In this document: positions 15,575 to 23,587 of the stretch, one piece after another
How the letters are laid out: every line of letters begins with the position of its first letter
Numbering within the stretch: the stretch's first letter is position 1
Assembly (NCBI GenBank): GCA_022572525.1
Contig: JACZVS010000001.1
Location: 1-29,562 of the forward strand
Direction of reading: 5' to 3'
Length of the DNA stretch: 29,562 bases
Source of the DNA: Nanobdellota archaeon
Lineage (GTDB): Archaea > Nanobdellota > Nanobdellia > Pacearchaeales > UBA12030
Made by a program: the position numbers and the translations under genes
The notes under the pieces: model-generated
Database searches by the model: none
The model's input: only the letters and a program-made list of their open reading frames with translations
What the model was told of the DNA's origin: nothing

Positions 15575-15671
15575 GGTAGGTTAGGTGGAGTTCAGGCTTG
15601 CTTGAGCAAAGCTTAATCTATGCCACGAAGCCGAGTTCTTCGGAGCAAAGCTGAGGGGCATCTTTATTTTT
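15575..15671 (+). ncRNA. Candidate structured 5' leader or small ncRNA
   Basis: GC-richer island with two hairpins, duplicated GAGCAAAGCT and a trailing U-tract; no family recognised. Confidence 0.35.
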
Positions 15672-15682
15672 AATTGAGGAAA

Positions 15683-16381
15683 ATGCCAGAAAGTTTAGAA
15701 CGACTTGTGGAAGAGCATAAAAAATTAGATGCTCTTATAGGGGATGTTGAGCGAGAGCCATTTAATCCTGCTGTTGGAAATAAATTGAGAGCACTTTATG
15801 TTCATAATGCCGTTACAGATGCTGAAAATCTAGAAGCTGCTGCTGCAGCTACAATGGTAGTTGACAACTATGATGACAGAGAATTTTATGGACAGGTTTA
15901 TACTTTGCGTGGAGAAAAACAAAGAGAAATAGCCGACTCTGCAGAAGCAGATGCTGACAAGATTTACAATTCCCTTCCTGATGAAGCTCTTACTGGATTA
16001 GCAGCCAATGTATTGCCAGTTCCTAGTGATGGGGAGGCAGCTGAAGCTCATAGATCATATAGAAAAGTAAGTGACACACTTCAGGAAGGAAATGGAGAAG
16101 TGATTATAAAATACTTGAAGACTCTTCTTAAGGAAAGTTTCGTAGATGCCTTGGATGCTGATCGCCTTAAACTAGCTTATGGTGGAGTTGTATCGGTAAA
16201 ACGAGCCGAATTTTTGTCTAAGTTCGCAGGAAATGGTGGATTGGATCGTAGCAAAATTGTAGATTACTTGAAGAGTGTAAGAGCTGCAGGAGATGCTGAT
16301 AGGTTACAATTCTACTTTAGTCTAGGAATGGCTGCAGGAGATGCTGATAAAGAACAAAACCTGCATCTAGAAGCAGCTTAG
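15683..16381 (+). CDS. Orphan Ala/Asp/Glu-rich helical protein
   Basis: 232-aa ORF from ATG 15683 preceded by GAGG; followed by T-tract. Confidence 0.75.
   Translation: MPESLERLVEEHKKLDALIGDVEREPFNPAVGNKLRALYVHNAVTDAENLEAAAAATMVVDNYDDREFYGQVYTLRGEKQREIADSAEADADKIYNSLPDEALTGLAANVLPVPSDGEAAEAHRSYRKVSDTLQEGNGEVIIKYLKTLLKESFVDALDADRLKLAYGGVVSVKRAEFLSKFAGNGGLDRSKIVDYLKSVRAAGDADRLQFYFSLGMAAGDADKEQNLHLEAA
16283..16349 (+). repeat. Perfect 19-bp in-frame direct repeat (GCTGCAGGAGATGCTGATA at 16283 and 16331)
   Basis: Read directly; encodes AAGDAD twice, 16 codons apart. Confidence 0.9.
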
Positions 16382-16384
16382 TGA

Positions 16385-16399
16385 TTTCTTTTTTATTTT
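16385..16399 (+). terminator. Probable oligo-T terminator
   Basis: TTTCTTTTTTATTTT just after the stop codon. Confidence 0.5.
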
Positions 16400-16433
16400 G
16401 CCTTTAACAATAGGCGAGCATTAACACTTGATT

Positions 16434-16472
16434 AGAGAGAACCTTTTTTCTAAAAAGGTTCATTAAAAAGAA
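16434..16472 (+). repeat. Palindromic interspersed element, copy B
   Basis: AGAGAGAACCTTTTTTCTAAAAAGGTTCATTAAAAAGAA, near-identical to 14411-14446. Confidence 0.85.
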
Positions 16473-16475
16473 GGT

Positions 16476-16508
16476 CCTTTTCTTGGTTAAGCTTCTTTTC
16501 CAAAGAAG
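16476..16508 (-). repeat. Palindromic interspersed element, copy C (matches tRNA-Asn intron core)
   Basis: Reverse strand CTTCTTT-GGA-AAAGAAG-CTTAACC-AAGAAAAGG. Confidence 0.75.
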
Positions 16509-16509
16509 A

Positions 16510-17382
16510 TCATTCCTCAAGAGCTCTTACAAGCTTTGCCATTTCGCCTACAAATGAATCTACCCTATCGATGTATGCATCGATAGTTGATCCTTTTATT
16601 ATCTTGACTTCTCCATGAAGAATTTTGTGCATTAATGTGTACATTTCGCGGTAGAGATCAACATATCTCTTTTTCAGTTTTTTCTCTTTTGTAAATGTTT
16701 CATAAAGCAAGAAGGCAATGTGCTCTGGAGATGGAGGGGGTTTTCCTGCTGCCATTAAAGCTGCATGTGATGAGTCTACACATGCCCAGTAAAGGCCTTC
16801 TATTACAGCGAGCATCGATGTTCTACTTCTTGCAATATGTGCAGGACTTCTTCTTAGAGCAACATAAATAGCTTCTGGCGAAGGTCTTATCTTCCCTCTT
16901 TGCAGTAAAATTTTGAGTGGAGTGAAAAAGCCTCCAAAATCAATTAATGGCTCGCCGTAACGAATAATATTTATCACAACAGGCTCTCCTCTTATCATTT
17001 CCTCCCACCATGTTGTTAATCTTACTGTGTTTATGTGCAATTTTTTCGCATAACTTTGCGAAGCAACAAGGATTGCAAGCTCTTCTCGATACCAAGCAAC
17101 CATTTCAGCTGTCCAATCAACATTTGCATCATCAACAATTACAATGATGTCGATGTCACTTTTATGAGCTGCAGTTCCTTTAACTTGCGAACCAAATAGA
17201 ACTATGCTTTTAATGACTTCTGCACTAAATCTCTTGTAAACTTTAGCTGCAAAATCTTCAGCAATTCTTCTTTCAGGAGTTATTCTTCCAATAGGCTTTT
17301 CAACTTTCCTAACTCTTGGTTTTGAATGTGTACGCCTTTTTTTACTAATGATCTTTGCCCTTGCCCCTTTTTTCCTTCTCAT
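16510..17382 (-). CDS. Nucleotidyltransferase + HEPN-like fusion, paralog of 10706-12520
   Basis: LFGSQVKG-x5-SDIDIIVIVDD; LYWACVDSSHAALMAAG; shares LLQ.GKI.PSPEAI with the 604-aa protein. Confidence 0.82.
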   Translation of the reverse strand: MRRKKGARAKIISKKRRTHSKPRVRKVEKPIGRITPERRIAEDFAAKVYKRFSAEVIKSIVLFGSQVKGTAAHKSDIDIIVIVDDANVDWTAEMVAWYREELAILVASQSYAKKLHINTVRLTTWWEEMIRGEPVVINIIRYGEPLIDFGGFFTPLKILLQRGKIRPSPEAIYVALRRSPAHIARSRTSMLAVIEGLYWACVDSSHAALMAAGKPPPSPEHIAFLLYETFTKEKKLKKRYVDLYREMYTLMHKILHGEVKIIKGSTIDAYIDRVDSFVGEMAKLVRALEE

Positions 17383-17419
17383 ATTTTCTTTATAGAAATT
17401 TATTTTAAAAATTTATGCA

Positions 17420-19324
17420 TTACTCTGCAGGCTGCCCTGTAAATGTTTGTCTTCTCTCTCCAGGCATTTCTCCTCCTAATTCTGATGGAAGAGCCGAGAA
17501 TGATGGAGAGCCATAAGTTCTGAAGTGGAAGTCAGGAAGGAATTCTCCATAGCCTTGGAAGTATGATCCATAAGTTCCTCTTATTTGGTTCCAATAAGGT
17601 TGTGACATCATTGTATAAAGTGGACTTCCTAAAGCTTCTAACACATATGGGTGTGGATTTGTCTTGAAGTGCTGGACAAAGCCGGAAGCTTCTACAATCT
17701 GCGGAGCTTTGATTCCTTTTTGTTCAAGAACTGCAAGTGCTTCCTTATAAGGAATATTTCCCATGCCGGGAGGTAGGTGAGAGTCTGCAAAGCCAAAGTT
17801 ATCTGTAAGATGAACTTTCTTTATGTACTCGGCAACTTTTTTTGTTTCTTCTGTAACAAACTTCTCTGGAAAGCCGTGTCGCCTTAACATGTTGATATGG
17901 CCGTAATCCCAAGTTACTCCGATAAGTTTCTCGGCAGCATTTCGCGCAGCTGCTTCTGCCATGCCTTGTTCTTTTGCTTTTTCAACAAATCTTTTCCTTG
18001 CAGCATTTATTACTTTTACAGAATCCTCTCCGGTTGACATTACAGTCTCAGGATAATTTTCTAGGGCAATAACAGGAGCTTTACTCCCAAACTTTTTCCA
18101 AACTTTTAGGGCCGCAGCAGCTGTAGTTTCAGCAACCTTCTCTGTTCCAAATTCATCTGCCGGTTTCCATTTTTCTGGAGGTGGTAGTTGCATTATTTTG
18201 TTATTCAACTCCTGTATTAATTTGTCTGAGTAAACATTGTTCTTGATATTGTCCATTTCTGGACCAACAATCTCTTTCACACTTTCCTGAAGATGTTTGG
18301 TATAATCTTTTTGTCCGTGTTTCATGAAGTCATTATACATATTTCTTAATGACATGTATTGATGGAAATTTGTTTCTTTAAGCGGCCATTCAATTTGCTG
18401 CAGTCTAGTGATTTTTTCTGCAGCCTCTTTTTCATCTGGCAAGAGGGCATGGCCAAATCTGCCTTTCCTCTCTATCTCGCGAATCTTCTGCTCTGGAATA
18501 TTTTTTATACTTTCTTTCAACATTCCATATTCCTCTGCTGGAATCATTCGTGCAAGTCTTGCCTTTTCCTCTTCAAGTCTAGCAATTCCAAACCTTTCAT
18601 TTTCCCATTCAGTTAAGTTAAGGGAATCAATCCTGCTTTTAGGATCAAATTCAATTATTCCTTCAGGCCATATTTGCCTTTCATATCTAACTTCTCTTAT
18701 CTGCCCAGTATCTGGATTAACTGCAAGTATGCTTTCCTGCATTCTCTCATTCTTCAAATCTGAGATCCGATCTCTTTCGCTTTCATGAAGTTTTCTTTTT
18801 GCCTCTTCTGCTCTGCCTTGAATGTTTTGTATCATCTCATCAGCTTCTTTCTTTGGAACATGAACCCATTTCTGTAAAGGCAGAGGAGGACCTGCGTGGA
18901 ATGTTACAGGAATATTTCCTTCTGGATCTAATTCATGGGCCTTCTCAAGTGCATCAACAACTTGGGCTTCTGCCATCTTCCTTAGCCTGTTATCCCATCC
19001 TTGTTGAGAGAAGCCGGCAAGATCAATTATAGGACCATGCATGGTCATTTTTGTACCTGTGACTTCTGCCAATCTTTTCATCTCCTTAAAGTGTTGTTTA
19101 GGAATTGCCTCAAAAACATCTTGCTGAATTGCTCCAACTTCAACTATCTTCATGCCCGTGTTCAAGAGACGAGAAGCCTGCCTTATCTGATCGGCTGTCA
19201 TTGGAGATGTCGGAGCTCCAATATCTGCATGAGCCATTCTATGGCCAGTAAAATATTCTCCGAATTCAGGCTCAAATGGAGTGTGGCTTCCTACATAAAA
19301 ATTCTCATAAGCAGCTTCTTCCAT
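17420..19324 (-). CDS. Xylose-isomerase-like / AP-endonuclease-2 TIM-barrel metalloprotein with large insertion
   Basis: TMHGP, TFHAG, ALENY, WDYGH, VHLTDN, DSHLPPG.G, IVE motifs. Confidence 0.8.
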   Translation of the reverse strand: MEEAAYENFYVGSHTPFEPEFGEYFTGHRMAHADIGAPTSPMTADQIRQASRLLNTGMKIVEVGAIQQDVFEAIPKQHFKEMKRLAEVTGTKMTMHGPIIDLAGFSQQGWDNRLRKMAEAQVVDALEKAHELDPEGNIPVTFHAGPPLPLQKWVHVPKKEADEMIQNIQGRAEEAKRKLHESERDRISDLKNERMQESILAVNPDTGQIREVRYERQIWPEGIIEFDPKSRIDSLNLTEWENERFGIARLEEEKARLARMIPAEEYGMLKESIKNIPEQKIREIERKGRFGHALLPDEKEAAEKITRLQQIEWPLKETNFHQYMSLRNMYNDFMKHGQKDYTKHLQESVKEIVGPEMDNIKNNVYSDKLIQELNNKIMQLPPPEKWKPADEFGTEKVAETTAAAALKVWKKFGSKAPVIALENYPETVMSTGEDSVKVINAARKRFVEKAKEQGMAEAAARNAAEKLIGVTWDYGHINMLRRHGFPEKFVTEETKKVAEYIKKVHLTDNFGFADSHLPPGMGNIPYKEALAVLEQKGIKAPQIVEASGFVQHFKTNPHPYVLEALGSPLYTMMSQPYWNQIRGTYGSYFQGYGEFLPDFHFRTYGSPSFSALPSELGGEMPGERRQTFTGQPAE

Positions 19325-19389
19325 TTTTATTCCCCTTTTATTACTACAAGTATATAATAAATATTTGTTTAAATATCTTGCTCTCTAAC

Positions 19390-20043
19390 TTACAAGTTAA
19401 ATTCTTTTTGAAGTCTTTTTTTTAAGGTTGTGTCCCAATCAAGAAGGTCTCTCGCAACATCAACTCTTCCTACATATCTTTCAATCTGTTGACCAGCAGC
19501 TGGCTGACCAGCTTCACCTTTTGCCGCTCCAAAACTAGTCACAATTCTTGCAAGTTCTCCTTGGTCAAGTGTTCTGTCTGCCTCTGCAAGTGTTGGTATT
19601 CCTGTAGAATATTGTGTTTCGTATGAACCTTCATAAGCTTCAGTTGTAGCTCCATAAGGAACTTCTGCCTCTGTTATGCCGGCTCCTGAATAAACCTCTC
19701 CGGCCTTTGCAGTGTAAGGGCTGCCAGCTGCTCCTGCCTCTCTTTCCTCTCTTACATACTCTTTTTCTTCTGTTCCAGTATCAGCACGCTCTCCAGTTCT
19801 AAGCCCAAGAGTCTCTTCAATACTTCCTTCTGTTCCTGCTTCTACTTCAAACATCTCAGGCATTCCAGTTGACAAGAAGCCTTCAACATCTCCTACCGAT
19901 ATGTCTTCAGAAAGAGCCTCTTCTGTTTCTAGGGTTTCTTCTAGCTGTTCTTCCCCTATTCCTATATCTTCTTTTCCTTTACTTTCTAAAGTGGAAGCTA
20001 GTAATTTCTCAGCTTGCTCTTGCTTTTTCTTATTGGCCGGCAT
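19390..20043 (-). CDS. Acidic low-complexity hypothetical protein
   Basis: 217-aa ORF rich in E/G/A/T; CTTTTTATAAA box upstream (reverse strand, about 20062-20072). Confidence 0.7.
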   Translation of the reverse strand: MPANKKKQEQAEKLLASTLESKGKEDIGIGEEQLEETLETEEALSEDISVGDVEGFLSTGMPEMFEVEAGTEGSIEETLGLRTGERADTGTEEKEYVREEREAGAAGSPYTAKAGEVYSGAGITEAEVPYGATTEAYEGSYETQYSTGIPTLAEADRTLDQGELARIVTSFGAAKGEAGQPAAGQQIERYVGRVDVARDLLDWDTTLKKRLQKEFNL

Positions 20044-20090
20044 TAAAATTTGAAGAAATGAGTTTATAAAAAGGTTACTTTGCTTCTTAG

Positions 20091-21524
20091 TTACTCCCCT
20101 GGAACAGATTCAAACTCCCATAGCGGAGTTGGCATGCCATGAGCTTTCTTGTATAAATGGTAAGTTAGCCAGGCTCTCCTAATAGCGTCTGGATTTGAGA
20201 TCAGGGCTCTGATTTGCCTCTCAACAAAAGTTTCTTTTCTCAGCTTCAAAACTTTTTCCTTTTCTTTAGGCTTGGATCCAAGAAGCTTTTCCAAGAAACT
20301 CCTAGTATCTTTTTCTTCCTTCTTTTCCCCCTCCATATACTTTAAAAGATCTTCATAAATTGGCTCAAGGGAGTCAGTAGTTATCCCCTCTATCAAACGT
20401 AAGCCTTCATAAAGATCTTGGTTCTCAATCTCTTTCTTAAGAAGATTGTATTCATCACCATTTAAAACATAGGCTTTGAGAACAACTCTTGCTCTCCCGC
20501 TATGAACATAGTGGGAAGATTCTGCCCTGCTGGCAATTCTCGGTAATCCTCTGAAAGTAAAATCGGCAAATACGCATGAATAATAATCCTGCCTCATTTT
20601 AATATTCCAGAGTTTTTCTGGAAATATTCCTGCTCCAATGGCCTTTCTTACACCCTCGAGATCAATTTTTGACTTTGCCAAGATTTGAAGTTCTAAAACA
20701 ATAGTGTTGAAAGAAGTTATAATATCTGCACTACTAGGGCTTGGACCTGCTGCTCCTAATTCTTTTCTCATCATTAGTTCTTCAGCTGCCTTTAAATATG
20801 GTTTCACCCAACGTGTGTAAAGTTTGACAGCGCTTACTTGGCTTTTAAGATATGTTTTCTGCAATTCATGGCGATTGCGTAACTCTCTCTCACTTCTGCC
20901 TAGCCAGTCAAGAAATTCCCCCATCCTTGGTTTTAATAGTCTCTTGACTCTTTCATTTAGATCCATCTTATCAACTTCTTCTGGCTTCTTGGCTTTCATA
21001 AAAGCATCTCTTAATGTTACAAAATCCAGCTGTTGAGTTAACATATTGATGCTTCCTGCGCCTCTTCTTATATCAACTCTGTCCATCCATATCTGTTTGA
21101 GTGCGAGCAATCCTCCTTCTTTTTCCCTCTCATTTTTGCCCCTATACTTATTGTAATGTTCGAGCCTGATTTCAAATTCTTTGAGATCATAAATTAAATT
21201 AAGTACGCTTCGCATAACAGTGTTGATGGTAGCAAGAATCTTCATGCCTTGCTCTTGCATTCTTGTTGCTCTTGCTCCTATGTCTGCGAAGTATCCACTT
21301 CCGGGAGAAGCTATAAAGTTATCTACAAGCTTCTCAACTTCCATTCCAAAACCTGACCCGCCTGTTCCTCGCATGATATCGAGTATCCAGAAATAGACTG
21401 GCTCAAGTGTTTCGGCGAGCGCATCATAAGTAAGCCTGAACTCTGCAAGAGGTTCTGCCTTCTGGAATTCCTTGCCTTTCTTCAAGCCTCTTACCTTTCC
21501 GATAAGTGAGTCTATATCTACCAT
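20091..21524 (-). CDS. Uncharacterised mostly helical 477-aa protein
   Basis: Long ORF with non-random motifs EPVYFW, SPGSGYF, WMDRVD, DFVTLRDAF, KPYLKAAE. Confidence 0.8.
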   Translation of the reverse strand: MVDIDSLIGKVRGLKKGKEFQKAEPLAEFRLTYDALAETLEPVYFWILDIMRGTGGSGFGMEVEKLVDNFIASPGSGYFADIGARATRMQEQGMKILATINTVMRSVLNLIYDLKEFEIRLEHYNKYRGKNEREKEGGLLALKQIWMDRVDIRRGAGSINMLTQQLDFVTLRDAFMKAKKPEEVDKMDLNERVKRLLKPRMGEFLDWLGRSERELRNRHELQKTYLKSQVSAVKLYTRWVKPYLKAAEELMMRKELGAAGPSPSSADIITSFNTIVLELQILAKSKIDLEGVRKAIGAGIFPEKLWNIKMRQDYYSCVFADFTFRGLPRIASRAESSHYVHSGRARVVLKAYVLNGDEYNLLKKEIENQDLYEGLRLIEGITTDSLEPIYEDLLKYMEGEKKEEKDTRSFLEKLLGSKPKEKEKVLKLRKETFVERQIRALISNPDAIRRAWLTYHLYKKAHGMPTPLWEFESVPGE

Positions 21525-21557
21525 TTTCTCTTTTGTTTCAAGAGGAAAATGGGATTT

Positions 21558-21896
21558 TTATGGTTTTTGGTTAGGATTATTGTCAAAACGAATTAATTCT
21601 CTGTAGTAGTCTAGAGTTTCACTCATCTTTAGTTTTAATTTTGCTGTTCTTGATACTTTCCCTAAATTCCCCTTTACAGATAATACCGAGAGAATGAAGT
21701 CGATCTGTCCAAGAGGCAGGATTCTTGCAATGTCGGCTTCTTTTCCTTTTAATTCTTTTATACCTGTCTCGATAGATTCCCTTATACTTATTATCTCTAG
21801 ATTATCTATCGTGCTCTCTTCAAATGGCTGCAGTTCTTCCAGCACTAATAGTAAATCCTCTTTTGATAGTTTTTTAATTTGTGGTTTTCCTAACAT
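21558..21896 (-). CDS. Hypothetical protein
   Basis: 112-aa ORF starting 3 nt after the ATPase stop; likely co-transcribed. Confidence 0.55.
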   Translation of the reverse strand: MLGKPQIKKLSKEDLLLVLEELQPFEESTIDNLEIISIRESIETGIKELKGKEADIARILPLGQIDFILSVLSVKGNLGKVSRTAKLKLKMSETLDYYRELIRFDNNPNQKP

Positions 21897-21899
21897 GTT

Positions 21900-22520
21900 T
21901 CACTTCCCTTTAGCCTGTCCGATAACGTAAACTCCCAAATTATTGTCTCTTCTGATTTCTCCAAGAATCATTTCAACCCTTTTTTCTATCCCCCCTTCTC
22001 CGTCTGAAATTAAAGGAATAGAAGTTATCTCGAGTCCCTGTTTTTCATAAACTTCATAAATCTTTTTATGAATTATTTTACCTTTTTCTTCATCTTCTGC
22101 TCTTTGATCGTCTTGTTGATATGGAACTTGTTCCAAGAAGAAAACTTTATTGTAGTTTGCTGATTGTATTGCAGGTTGAACTATATGGGATATGTCTATT
22201 CCTCCAAGCTCCGCATAAGCAATCTGATCGATATTTGATCTGTCTAATATGTGGATACCTGATGGAGTTCTTTTTTCCGCTTTCTTTTCTAGTGCAAGCT
22301 GTCTGCCTATAACAAGAAATTGGAATTCTTCAAGACCATTCCAGGGAAGTATTCCTTGATATTCTCTATCTCTTTCCTCTCTTCTTTGTTCATCTTCAAT
22401 TATGTGTCTTGCAGCTTCTGGGACAACCGTATAACCTTCATCTCCTAGTCTCTTAACAAGAGTGGTCTTTCCAGAACATGGTCCTCCTGTTAGTATATAC
22501 TTTCGAATTTCTTCCATCAT
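21900..22520 (-). CDS. P-loop nucleotide kinase/ATPase, AAA_28 (NadR-type kinase-like)
   Basis: ILTGGPCSGKTT Walker A, VPEAAR, LDRSNID, VFFLE, QRAED; start moved to 22520 because upstream extension runs through the promoter region. Confidence 0.85.
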   Translation of the reverse strand: MMEEIRKYILTGGPCSGKTTLVKRLGDEGYTVVPEAARHIIEDEQRREERDREYQGILPWNGLEEFQFLVIGRQLALEKKAEKRTPSGIHILDRSNIDQIAYAELGGIDISHIVQPAIQSANYNKVFFLEQVPYQQDDQRAEDEEKGKIIHKKIYEVYEKQGLEITSIPLISDGEGGIEKRVEMILGEIRRDNNLGVYVIGQAKGK

Positions 22521-22532
22521 TCCGATAATATT

Positions 22533-22630
22533 ATAGAGTTGTATTTTAGTTATAGACTTCTTACCATAAAATGTACATAGAGTTGTACTTTTTAGAAAGA
22601 TTTTTAAGGTTTTAAGGCCATAAATTATGG
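22533..22630. promoter_or_regulatory. Divergent promoter region with candidate operator repeats
   Basis: ATAGAGTTGTA at 22533 and 22577; inverted repeat CCATAA-A-TTATGG at 22618-22630. Confidence 0.55.
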
Positions 22631-22642
22631 GGGTAAGGGAGA

Positions 22643-23509
22643 ATGTTTGATGATACAGTAAAAAGGGCAATTCTTGATGCTGTTAGAAAACAGCCAAGAA
22701 GTGTAGATGAGCTTGCAAGCATTATTGGGAAAAACTGGCGAACAGCAGATAGGTATGTTCAAAGAATTGTAGAAAATGAAGGGAGTATTGCAATAAGAAC
22801 CTTTAGAGAGGGAACAAGGGGAGCACTTAAGATAATATATTGGACTCCTCCAGAAAGCATTCATTCAAGTGAATTCCAAGAAAGACTTTTCAAGCGGATT
22901 GAAATGGGTAAGAAAAAAGATGATTTCAGTCCTTCAGAAATTTATCAATATGTTGATAATAAAAAAAAGAAAGCTGAAATTCTAACTCAAAAATATATTA
23001 ATTCAAACAAGAATTATGAAAATTTCAAACAAGAGTTATTGAAAGCAAAATCAGAGGTTTTCTTCTATTCAGGAAACCTTTCTTTAGTAAACAGTGGAAA
23101 TGAAAAAGAAAATATAGGTGACATTATAGAGAAACTTGCGAAAAGGGGGGTGAAAATCAGAATACTTACAAGGGTCGAACTCCCTGGAATTGAAAATGTT
23201 AAACGTATTTTGGAAATAAACAACAAATTTGGAAAAAAGATGACGGATATAAGACATTGTTTCCATCCTCTCCGAACTACAATAGTTGATGATAGAGTTG
23301 TAATACTAAAAGAAGAGAGAAAACCAGAAGAGTACGGGAAGGGAGAATTAGGGAATTTAAATGAAAAAATTACAATTCTTTACCGCATCTATGACAAAGA
23401 ATGGATAGAATGGCTAAAGAAAACTTTTTGGGTTTTGTTCAGATCTTCTATTAGTGCAGAAAAAAGAATTGAAGATATCGACAGAATGAAGTTATACAAG
23501 GTAAGATAG
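22643..23509 (+). CDS. Transcriptional regulator, N-terminal winged HTH + TrmB-like effector domain
   Basis: ILDAVRKQPRSVDELASIIGKNWRTADRYV HTH; LAKRGVKIRIL and RTTIVDD typical of TrmB/PLD-like fold. Confidence 0.7.
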   Translation: MFDDTVKRAILDAVRKQPRSVDELASIIGKNWRTADRYVQRIVENEGSIAIRTFREGTRGALKIIYWTPPESIHSSEFQERLFKRIEMGKKKDDFSPSEIYQYVDNKKKKAEILTQKYINSNKNYENFKQELLKAKSEVFFYSGNLSLVNSGNEKENIGDIIEKLAKRGVKIRILTRVELPGIENVKRILEINNKFGKKMTDIRHCFHPLRTTIVDDRVVILKEERKPEEYGKGELGNLNEKITILYRIYDKEWIEWLKKTFWVLFRSSISAEKRIEDIDRMKLYKVR

Positions 23510-23587
23510 AATTCTTTCTTAAAATCTAAGATTCAGGTAAGAGAAAACTTTTTATAATTAATCTTCCTTCAAAAATAAGAAAAGAGG

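Noticed and set aside
15575-15671. SRP RNA, RNase P RNA or C/D-box sRNA
   Set aside because: Too short for SRP or RNase P RNA and lacks their motifs; CTGA is present but no box C (RTGATGA).
14411-16508. CRISPR array or IS ends
   Set aside because: Copies are not regularly spaced with unique spacers, no cas or transposase gene is present, and the pair are direct rather than terminal inverted repeats.
10706-17382. MNT-HEPN toxin-antitoxin call for the two NTase genes
   Set aside because: Domains are fused, the RxxxxH RNase motif is absent in both, and one gene abuts a ribosomal protein gene.
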